A stretch of 64,000 bases of DNA. Source: a virus. This document shows positions 28,947-36,830 of the stretch, one piece after another. The translations under genes and the position numbers were made by a program. Below the pieces are notes generated by a model. It saw only the letters and a list, made by a program, of their open reading frames with translations, was not told the origin of the DNA and did no database searches. Where the stretch lies: IMG/VR virus record IMGVR_UViG_3300030450_002194, positions 7,006 to 71,005 of that record; one strand, given 5' to 3'. Position 1 is the first letter of the stretch, and each line of letters begins with the position of its first letter.

Positions 28947-29313
28947 GTCCTTGACGGAGGACACCGGAGTGGCTGAATATCACCGTTGTTAGGGTGAAAG
29001 GCACACATCTAGGGGTCATAGTGGCCCATCGAGCCGACTAAAGAAAACGGTAGGCAGTACAAACGCCCTTAGCGGGGTTAGATGTGGTATGTGCGGGTAA
29101 AGCAATATAACACTGTTATTGAAACTGACACCCATTGCACATTGAGAGAAACTAGAAATAGGCTTCTCTTCTCCACCCTTGAGCCAGTTTTGCACATTTC
29201 TGGCACTTAACCAAAAAATGTCGCATCTCAATAGTGAGTAAGACAACGACTTGTAACAATATAGTTAGCGCAAGTGGAAATCGTTGCATCATTATTGAGA
29301 TGAGGTCTTTTTT
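28947..29313 (+). ncRNA. putative structured non-coding RNA (~365 nt)
   Basis: follows promoter copy 3, no sense ORF in track, many helices, final hairpin plus T6. Confidence 0.6.
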
Positions 29314-31652
29314 ACAAAGTTATTACCATATGGGTTTAAGTTCTACAGATATAACTTAAGATAGCAATTAGGCGGACGAAGTCGCGCCGAAAGCAAAAGT
29401 AATCGTAGGATGCATTAAGCATCAGCGTAGCGTAGTAATTAGTTTTGTTGGAGGGAACGTAATTCCTATCTTAAGTTCTACACAGAACAATTACCCTCAA
29501 TTTGGGGTCATGTTCTAATTACTGAGAACATGTTACCATATGGATATGACTAACGATTAGTGTCCAGGAAAGCGTTAATCACATTAAGTGATAGCAGGAG
29601 TCTTAGCCTTATGTTTAGGGATGATATAAACTACGTTTTGATAACTACGTTTATTACTACCATATGGTTGCTGAAAGAGATAACGGCGAAATTCATCAAA
29701 ACAAATGAATTGAGCCGTAGTCTCTGTAACAGCAGTGGAGTACCTACGAAACGTACCCCAATTCTATGCTGTCTTATGTTATACACTCCTTCTGGTCTTA
29801 TATGGAACCACACTATATACCTTCAGTCGTTATGCTTTGCATGGTGCATAATGCACCTGTTACCACTCCTTCTAATTATAGGTGGAACCTATGACCATAT
29901 GGATGAGAAAGGTTTCAGTCGGGATACGCTGAAGCATGGCGAGATGTTATTGCATTAAGCAATAGCGATACGCGTGTATGGAGGCATGTCTGGTGCGTAT
30001 CTTGCTGGGCCAATCTTGCATCCTGATAGGATGTTTTGGTTAATCACTTTTCCTTACTTTACGTGATTAACGTCACACCATATGGTCGGTGAGGTTGAGG
30101 TGTCGAAGACGGTGGTGCTTGCACCTTGGCATCATCGAAGACATACGAAGTAATAATGTCTGAGATATGCCAAATAGTCGTAGGCCCCTCATAATGCACC
30201 CAGACCTTATGAGAGGAGTTGATTTATACGTGTAGTCTTTAACTTTGTTAAAGCCAACTTTAACTTAATGTTTTAAATAAATAAACTTAACCTCATATGG
30301 TAGTGCAAGAGCGATACAGCAAACAACAACTGTATCAAACTTGATAGGAGATATGAAAACACACTCTTGCAACTATCCTCATCGGCTCACCACTTAGCGG
30401 TAGCATATGGGTGTAGCCCTGACAGGGTGCATAATAACTTGCAAATCTCCGCTGGAACTTCGTAACATTGTTTAACAAGAGGCTTAATGCCTCTATACTT
30501 TACGAAGATTCCAGTCTCCGTTTGCAAGTAATTATCATTTCATGCCCATATGGAAAGGTGGGGTATAAAGTCTTCAGCGCAGCATGTAGGCATTAAGCAG
30601 GGTGCTAAGCACCCAATGCTGCGATTTATACCTTACAATCCCCAAGCATTAGGGTTGTATTGTCTTTGTGTAGAGTATACGCTCTTACGAACTAGTGTTG
30701 TCTTATCTCCTGGAGACAACACTCAGTTCTCCACTATCGTAGCATATACTCTACTGCTGAGTATACCAACCATATGGATAGTAAGGCTTACGGTAGGCTT
30801 ACCGTAGCGAGTCGATAGTGTACTTACATTAAGTAAGAGCAGAGGTAATAAACGTAGTTTATGCCAGGATGCGTTTGCTATCGGGCGAGACGGTGGTAAG
30901 ACTAGTGGGGCCATTAAATCCTGATGGGGTGTTTCACACCATATGGTATGAGTTACGGTTTACCAAGGTTTACAGGGTTAAGTAAGAGTACGCTACAGTG
31001 GGGAACAAGTATAGATGCATTAAGCATCGAACAAAGTGGAATGCAGTTCCCGGATATGTAGCGTAGTCTTAGTTAAGACTGTAAACTGGTGTGGCCGATA
31101 ATACGCAATACCAGAACATAGGGTAGTTATCACTACGTTCATTGCTTAAAGGAAGGAGTTAAACTGTAGAACTCCGATGCTCTGGCTTAACGCCTGTCCC
31201 GCTGAATCTAGCGGGAACCGCATGTTTATCTTCATTCTACAGAGCCTCCTCCTTTAACCGTCACTCCGTTTCACTACCATATGGCTTTGCCTTCGATTTT
31301 TTTTCTTATTGTTTAATCATTCTTTATCCAATGTTGGCATAAGATTTTGTTCTTCCAAAGCCTAATTTGATATACTACCCGTAGGGGTGTCCATATAGAG
31401 AAGCGTCAGGTGTGCTAACTCTAGTAATTAAACATAAATAAATTCGCGGTGCTGTGATATGAACAAAGGATACAATGAAGTATTAACCTTCGTTTAACCA
31501 CAGCCCATTGATAGGTAAATAAAAAGCATAGGCTTATCCTGGGAATGCACAAAGTTTAGGTTAAAAAAAAACGCAAGTGCCACATAAATTACAGCCCAAA
31601 TTTCAAAAAATAAAGGTCTAAAAAATTCCACCACACAAAAGAGGTAAAAAGC

Positions 31653-32063
31653 ATGCATTGGGAAAACGTGATAAAGAGAAGAGATATAGGTAATGTGTAT
31701 ATACCTAGTAAAAGAGACCAAGGAGATGGACCGTATAATGCTTATCGAATGGTGACTACAGAATTAGGACAGGGGAGTTTAGGGCTTCCTGAACCATTGG
31801 ATTCTAAAATTATGTCTATGTTTGATAAATTAGGCATGGGTCATCCAATTAAAGTACATGAAATACCCAAAGGTAGATGGGTTCCAAAGAACGATAGAAT
31901 GGGCGGTCAATTTTATATTACTATAATTGACAGAAATGGAAGAGTTAGAAATTTAGGTGAATCTCCTAGTGGCTGGATAATGTCTGATAAAATAAGTCAG
32001 GGTACAGTAGGCTTTCGGTTAGAAGAAGACGAAATAGGCTTAACTGCTTGGTTTGATGAATAA
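31653..32063 (+). CDS. WxxIK-tagged hypothetical protein
   Basis: MHWENVIKR. Confidence 0.7.
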   Translation: MHWENVIKRRDIGNVYIPSKRDQGDGPYNAYRMVTTELGQGSLGLPEPLDSKIMSMFDKLGMGHPIKVHEIPKGRWVPKNDRMGGQFYITIIDRNGRVRNLGESPSGWIMSDKISQGTVGFRLEEDEIGLTAWFDE

Positions 32064-32072
32064 GGTGAAAAC

Positions 32073-32765
32073 ATGCATTGGGCCAATCATCTAAAGAAGC
32101 AAAAGAAGAACTGGGCAGTTGATGGCAGGGATTATTCTAAAATAAAAAAAGACCCAAGACCCAAACCAGCCCATGATTTTAGAGTAGCAAGGTTTCCCAG
32201 GCAGTATTTACGTGATGAAGACGGAGAATGGTTTTATAGAGATAAAGACGGACCCCCAGCCTATCCTGAAAGGTTGTCTTGTGATGCTATGTTAATGTTA
32301 GGTTATTTTTGGTTTTTAAAGCATGTAAAACGGACCTCTAGAAAAAAGGTAATTTCTGGTAAAAAGTTTACATTTGCTGATTTAGGATTTCCACCAATGC
32401 GTGTGTTTAAAAATTCTCCTGTAATTTTTGCTTATTTGAGAACACCACCAAGAGTACCGGATGATTTTTCTAAGTTAAATAATGCTGTACGTTTTTCGGA
32501 TGTTACTAATTTGATGAAAGCACTAAAATCAATTTTAGATGCTGGTTATTTACAGCGTGATATTCATATGAAAAATATGGTAGTGAGTATGTTATCATGG
32601 TACAACAAGACTGGATGTGATTTTGGTGAGTTAATGGATGATTTAGATATAATATCTACAGATATGCGTGAAGTGCATCTAAAACAAAAATTACGTGATA
32701 AAGCGCAATTTAACACGAATCAGAATAAACGAGTAAAGATAAATGGCCAATGGAAGATGATATAA
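32073..32765 (+). CDS. WxxLK-tagged hypothetical protein
   Basis: MHWANHLKK. Confidence 0.7.
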   Translation: MHWANHLKKQKKNWAVDGRDYSKIKKDPRPKPAHDFRVARFPRQYLRDEDGEWFYRDKDGPPAYPERLSCDAMLMLGYFWFLKHVKRTSRKKVISGKKFTFADLGFPPMRVFKNSPVIFAYLRTPPRVPDDFSKLNNAVRFSDVTNLMKALKSILDAGYLQRDIHMKNMVVSMLSWYNKTGCDFGELMDDLDIISTDMREVHLKQKLRDKAQFNTNQNKRVKINGQWKMI

Positions 32766-33175
32766 TGAATTGGTTTGATATTATTAAAAATGTGGAAATA
32801 GATGAAACCGAGTTAAATGCTCGGGAATTTGCAGAAGAGAATTGTTGTGCTAATATATGGAAATCTATTGCTCAAGAACAACGTGAAGTTTTTAACTATT
32901 TACGGAAGACTCCTTTATGGCATAGCAGAAAAACTACAGAGGGATGTAGTATGCTGATAGAATGGTTAAGGGAAGGTGCAGTGGGTAACATAAATACTAC
33001 TGCATGGGACTTCCCAACAATGGGCGTTAGTTCTATTAGAGAAGAAGATTATAACGATTGGATAACACGAATGGGAAAACACATTTATAATCAGAAAAAG
33101 GGCTGGTTACAAGATTATGTAGATTGTCGTAATTTACAGGACAATGGCAATCGCCCGCAACTTGGAATGTATTAG
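32765..33175 (+). CDS. tagged protein with CC..C..C domain
   Basis: MNWFDIIKN; ENCCA...GCS...YVDC. Confidence 0.7.
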   Translation: MNWFDIIKNVEIDETELNAREFAEENCCANIWKSIAQEQREVFNYLRKTPLWHSRKTTEGCSMLIEWLREGAVGNINTTAWDFPTMGVSSIREEDYNDWITRMGKHIYNQKKGWLQDYVDCRNLQDNGNRPQLGMY

Positions 33176-33637
33176 GTGATGAATATGACTGATTTTTTGG
33201 TATTAAGAGATTCTTGGAGAGATGCTTTATTGAAAGAATATGAATCTGGCGATGGTATGATGTTTCCCGACCCGTTTGATGATGGAACAATGTTAGAAGT
33301 TAATGTAGATACTGGCGATGATGATGAGTGTTGTGAAATGATTAAACAAAAATATGCAGACGTTTTAAGTTACCAATACCAATATCCTAGAAAACAGAAC
33401 CCTAATACTGGTAAATGGGAATTTGTAGATAAACAGGGTTATGTACCTTTATCAGAATTTTCAAAATATAATATTGATTGTAATAGAATAAGACAATCAT
33501 TAGAAAGAAATGCCTATAGGGACGCGGGTACTGACCCCGCAGCAAAGCAAATGAGAAAAGACCATTATGCTAAGATAATTAAAGAGTGGGACGAGTGTGA
33601 AAAATCAACAAATAGTTGGAAGAATGAATTAAGGTGA
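33176..33637 (+). CDS. tagged protein with CC..C..WxxC domain
   Basis: SWRDALLK; ECCE...IDC...WDEC. Confidence 0.7.
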   Translation: MMNMTDFLVLRDSWRDALLKEYESGDGMMFPDPFDDGTMLEVNVDTGDDDECCEMIKQKYADVLSYQYQYPRKQNPNTGKWEFVDKQGYVPLSEFSKYNIDCNRIRQSLERNAYRDAGTDPAAKQMRKDHYAKIIKEWDECEKSTNSWKNELR

Positions 33638-33641
33638 TAGT

Positions 33642-34115
33642 ATGTGTAAAGACTGTTGGAAGGATGTATTAAAGAGTGAAGAAGAAGATGATGATGAAAT
33701 ATTTCATAAAATCTTTGGTGAAGATGAAGATGAAAGTGATTTAGATTATGGTACAAGAGATAGAGCCAGTGCCTCTAAATTTGGGTTTACTGATAGAGAA
33801 AAAGTCGGTGAATTTGATACACAAGAACAAGAGGATAGGTTTCATCATGGTATAAAATGTCATTATTGTGATGAAGAGGCCGAATGGAAATGTCTTAATG
33901 GGTTAAGGGATGGGTGTGCATATAGTGGCCCATCTAATGATGGTATTCAAGTATGTGGCGCAAACAGTTTATTTGCAGAAGATAATCCAGAAAGGTATCC
34001 CAATGGACATAAGGACTATGCTCTTGAAGTAAACTCTGGACATGATTTTGTAGAAATAGACCAATATTTTACTTTTGACAAGAATAGGGGCTATCATCAT
34101 AAAGACCACAGGTGA
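33642..34115 (+). CDS. tagged Cys/His-rich protein
   Basis: CWKDVLKS; CHYC...C...C. Confidence 0.7.
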   Translation: MCKDCWKDVLKSEEEDDDEIFHKIFGEDEDESDLDYGTRDRASASKFGFTDREKVGEFDTQEQEDRFHHGIKCHYCDEEAEWKCLNGLRDGCAYSGPSNDGIQVCGANSLFAEDNPERYPNGHKDYALEVNSGHDFVEIDQYFTFDKNRGYHHKDHR

Positions 34116-34205
34116 AAGAAATATGGCAGATAGACACCCTAATGGAGATTGTAAATTCTTTAAGGATTTTATGAAAAGTTTAATTGAAGCAGAGGAGGAA
34201 GATGA

Positions 34206-34760
34206 ATGAATTGGGAAGATGTATTAAAGGTCAGAAGAAGACCAAGAAAGAAAAAGGCACAACCGGCTAATCCGTTTGCAGGAGAATCTAAAGATTTTAA
34301 AGATACGGTAGCAGGTAAGTTAGAAGCCGAAGCAGCCGCAGCAGCAGAAAGACAAGCAAAATTAGATGAAGAAACTAAATTAACGCCTAGAGGCAGAGTT
34401 AAGTTTCATAAGTTAACTGAAACAGAAGAAGGAGGACATAAACTAAAGGACGATTTACCACTATCAGGTAAAAGGAAACCTAGGAGTCGAAAAGGTGTAT
34501 TAGCCAAAGATAGATGTACCCTGTGTGGAACGAGGATTAGGTATTCAGAAGCCAAAAAACTATCAAGAGGTAAAAGCGACCCTAATAAAAACCTTGGATA
34601 TTGTGAAAAATGTGCTGGGCTTTTAGCAGGTACTGTAAGTTCTAAAACTTTTACACCGTTAGATACTGCTGCCTTTAAAAGAGGACGTGGAAAGGCTACT
34701 AGTAGTCCTAGAAAACATTGGCATGGCAGGGGCCAACGTAAGCGATATGATAAATCCTGA
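34206..34760 (+). CDS. tagged basic Zn-finger protein
   Basis: MNWEDVLKV; CTLC...CEKC. Confidence 0.7.
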   Translation: MNWEDVLKVRRRPRKKKAQPANPFAGESKDFKDTVAGKLEAEAAAAAERQAKLDEETKLTPRGRVKFHKLTETEEGGHKLKDDLPLSGKRKPRSRKGVLAKDRCTLCGTRIRYSEAKKLSRGKSDPNKNLGYCEKCAGLLAGTVSSKTFTPLDTAAFKRGRGKATSSPRKHWHGRGQRKRYDKS

Positions 34761-34772
34761 GAGGTTGAGAAT

Positions 34773-34925
34773 ATGACTTGGAAAGAACATTTAGTAAAGG
34801 CTTGGATGCCTAAATGCTTTGGGTGTGATATTCCAATGGAAAAGGTAACTGAAAAAATAATGGGTAAAAGACACAAGGCTAGATTTAAATGTCCAGAATG
34901 TGGTGCAGTTGAGGTGTTTAGATGA
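34773..34925 (+). CDS. 50 aa tagged Zn-ribbon protein
   Basis: hand-translated MTWKEHLVKA...CFGC...CPECG. Confidence 0.65.
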   Translation: MTWKEHLVKAWMPKCFGCDIPMEKVTEKIMGKRHKARFKCPECGAVEVFR

Positions 34926-35722
34926 ATTGGTTTGATATAATAAAAATTTCTGAAGATGAATTAGATTCAGTTAAACCTTGGATTAGAGATGAACTATCAG
35001 AAGGCAAGAAAGATAAAGGGGCAGCCTATAGTAGATTAAGAAGAAAACTTGGTAGAATACCAACACCGGAAGAAATAAATGAACAACTTAAAGTAAGACC
35101 ACATAGAAGGAAACACGGTACGTCTATATTTAGCAAAGACCCAGGAGCATATAATAGAGCCTATAATAGACTAAGATATAAACTTGGTAGAAACCCTAAT
35201 CAGGATGAAATTGTTGCAGAAATAAATAATCCAACTTATAGTGGGTATCACCCCACTAATGACCCTACACGCACAAGTAGGAAAGAACATAAAGAGAGAC
35301 TTAAAGAAGAGAATCCAATTCCGGAAAGAAGAATGGCTGATTTAAAGGGCGATTTAATTGTTAATACGCTTGAAGTGTTTATGTCAGAATTTTTTGATAT
35401 AGATTTATTGGAGATAGCAGGAAAAACAACTGACAATGATAACAGACGTTTTATTCATCTTCAGAAATATTTAGATAATTTCACAGATAATGAATTTAAA
35501 ATTTTATCTAACATGGAAAATGACATTCCTGCAATGGCGGAAACATTGCTTGAGTTATTAGATAGTTTTAACCCAAACAAGAACAAGAATGAATATACAC
35601 GTAGACGTAAGAAAGGCTTGCCGCATATACCTGGTCTCCTATCTTCTAAAAAGAAGAAGAAGAAACGCGGCCCTAAGCCGAAGAAACCTGACCCTTTATC
35701 AGAGAGGAGGGATATAATATGA
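34922..35722 (+). CDS. tagged protein with tandem helical repeats
   Basis: MNWFDIIKI; RLRRKLGRIPTPEEI and RLRYKLGRNPNQDEI. Confidence 0.7.
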   Translation: MNWFDIIKISEDELDSVKPWIRDELSEGKKDKGAAYSRLRRKLGRIPTPEEINEQLKVRPHRRKHGTSIFSKDPGAYNRAYNRLRYKLGRNPNQDEIVAEINNPTYSGYHPTNDPTRTSRKEHKERLKEENPIPERRMADLKGDLIVNTLEVFMSEFFDIDLLEIAGKTTDNDNRRFIHLQKYLDNFTDNEFKILSNMENDIPAMAETLLELLDSFNPNKNKNEYTRRRKKGLPHIPGLLSSKKKKKKRGPKPKKPDPLSERRDII

Positions 35723-36021
35723 GTTGGGAAGATATAATAAAAAGTAGACAAGCATGTTGTAAAAAAGCAAAAGGGGAGTTTCTTCTTCAAACTGTTATAG
35801 GATTAAAAGGCAGAGGTATGAAATATACTCAAGACGATTTAGATGTGTTTTCTAAGGGTGTTGCTAGAGCAGACTGTGATGGCTTTAAATTAAAAGTGTC
35901 TAAGTGGGCAAAAGGTCAAGAATTACCAAAGGGGCCACAAGGATTAATAAGACAAATAGCAGCCGATGTAACAATTAAATATTGGAGAGAATGTTTAGAC
36001 CGAGATAGGGATTATGTATGA
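35719..36021 (+). CDS. tagged protein with CC..C..WxxC domain
   Basis: MSWEDIIKS; ACCK...ADC...WREC. Confidence 0.7.
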   Translation: MSWEDIIKSRQACCKKAKGEFLLQTVIGLKGRGMKYTQDDLDVFSKGVARADCDGFKLKVSKWAKGQELPKGPQGLIRQIAADVTIKYWRECLDRDRDYV

Positions 36022-36488
36022 GTAATTGGGAAGACATTCTCAAAAGAGAACTTACTGGTAAGCGCGTAATGTGTAAAAGATGTGGTAAAAGAAGATTAAG
36101 TTCTAGTGCTGTATTTGCTGGGTCTACTCAATGTGCTACTTGCAATAGACGATTTGGTGCAGATAAAGGCGGTGGACAATTTAAAGTTAAAAAGAATCTT
36201 AATGTAGAAATAGCCAGACGTGTTTTAGAAGGCCCAGCCATTAATAATGATGATGAGAATTATGACCTTTGTTGTGAGCATGCTAGAGAAGCAATTGAAA
36301 GACAATTACGTGCTTATGGAGAAATAGGTGAGGGTGTATTAGCAAGTCCTGAATGGAGAAATTATAATTGCGAGAATTTAAGGACTGAATTAGAATTATG
36401 GTCTGCTATGGATATGCCAGGAATGCAACAAATAGTAGAAGCATGGGATAAATGTGCAGAAATGGGTGGTGCAAATGACCTGGTTTGA
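36018..36488 (+). CDS. tagged Zn-finger plus CC..C..WxxC domain
   Basis: MSNWEDILKR; CKRC..CATC; LCCE...YNC...WDKC. Confidence 0.7.
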   Translation: MSNWEDILKRELTGKRVMCKRCGKRRLSSSAVFAGSTQCATCNRRFGADKGGGQFKVKKNLNVEIARRVLEGPAINNDDENYDLCCEHAREAIERQLRAYGEIGEGVLASPEWRNYNCENLRTELELWSAMDMPGMQQIVEAWDKCAEMGGANDLV

Positions 36489-36828
36489 TTTAGTTAAATC
36501 TTCAGAAATGAAGGAATTTGAAATGCTTGCTGAGAAGTATGCAAAACCTAATGATATGAAACACTTAGATTATCTTAGAAAGAAACACGGTAAGAAGAGT
36601 AATGAATTTTATGATACTTTAGAAAAGCAAGTTGAGAATTACTTGACTGAGGATTGGGTTTCTATTCAAGATATTATAAAATCATTAAGAGAACAAAACC
36701 CTGGGCTAAAAGATTCAGATGAAAACTTGACAGCATTCTTACGCAAGAGATTAGAGGCTATGGATATTAAAAAGAAACAAGAACCAGCAGTAGGTAGAAC
36801 TGGTAAGAAAACATTCTATAAGGTGTAA
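36475..36828 (+). CDS. tagged protein, possible winged helix
   Basis: MTWFDLVKS. Confidence 0.7.
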   Translation: MTWFDLVKSSEMKEFEMLAEKYAKPNDMKHLDYLRKKHGKKSNEFYDTLEKQVENYLTEDWVSIQDIIKSLREQNPGLKDSDENLTAFLRKRLEAMDIKKKQEPAVGRTGKKTFYKV

Positions 36829-36830
36829 TT

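Larger units (their letters stand above)
24804..31284. repeat. array of CCATATGG-delimited hairpin and gene cassettes
   Basis: exact CCATATGG at 24804, 25525, 25674, 26052, 26214, 26464, 26632, 26869, 27008, 27173, 27865, 28585, 28717, 28885, 29326, 29536, 29660, 29895, 30078, 30546, 30770, 30939, 31277; variants at 28257, 28405, 30293, 30403. Confidence 0.92.

Noticed and set aside
28947-29313. RNase P or SRP RNA
   Set aside because: I could not find GAGGAAAGUCC or the SRP helix 8 motif by eye.
25947-30490. CTTAATG loops as tRNA-Leu anticodon mimics
   Set aside because: C and G pair to give a 5 nt loop, position 37 would be a pyrimidine, and no D or T arms are present.
29016-30914. Track ORFs 29016-29246, 29560-29958, 29631-29813, 30550-30807, 30723-30914
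   Set aside because: They cross cassette boundaries or lie antisense to structured elements, lack RBS and have atypical composition.
24804-31284. CRISPR array interpretation
   Set aside because: The repeat is only 8-10 bp, intervals are 120-720 nt and self-complementary, and no cas genes are present.
24804-31284. Simple restriction-site (CATATG) decoy or cloning artefact
   Set aside because: It does not explain the conserved flanking C/G, compensatory variants, ATTAA hairpins or cassette-aligned promoters; a protein-binding-site role remains possible.
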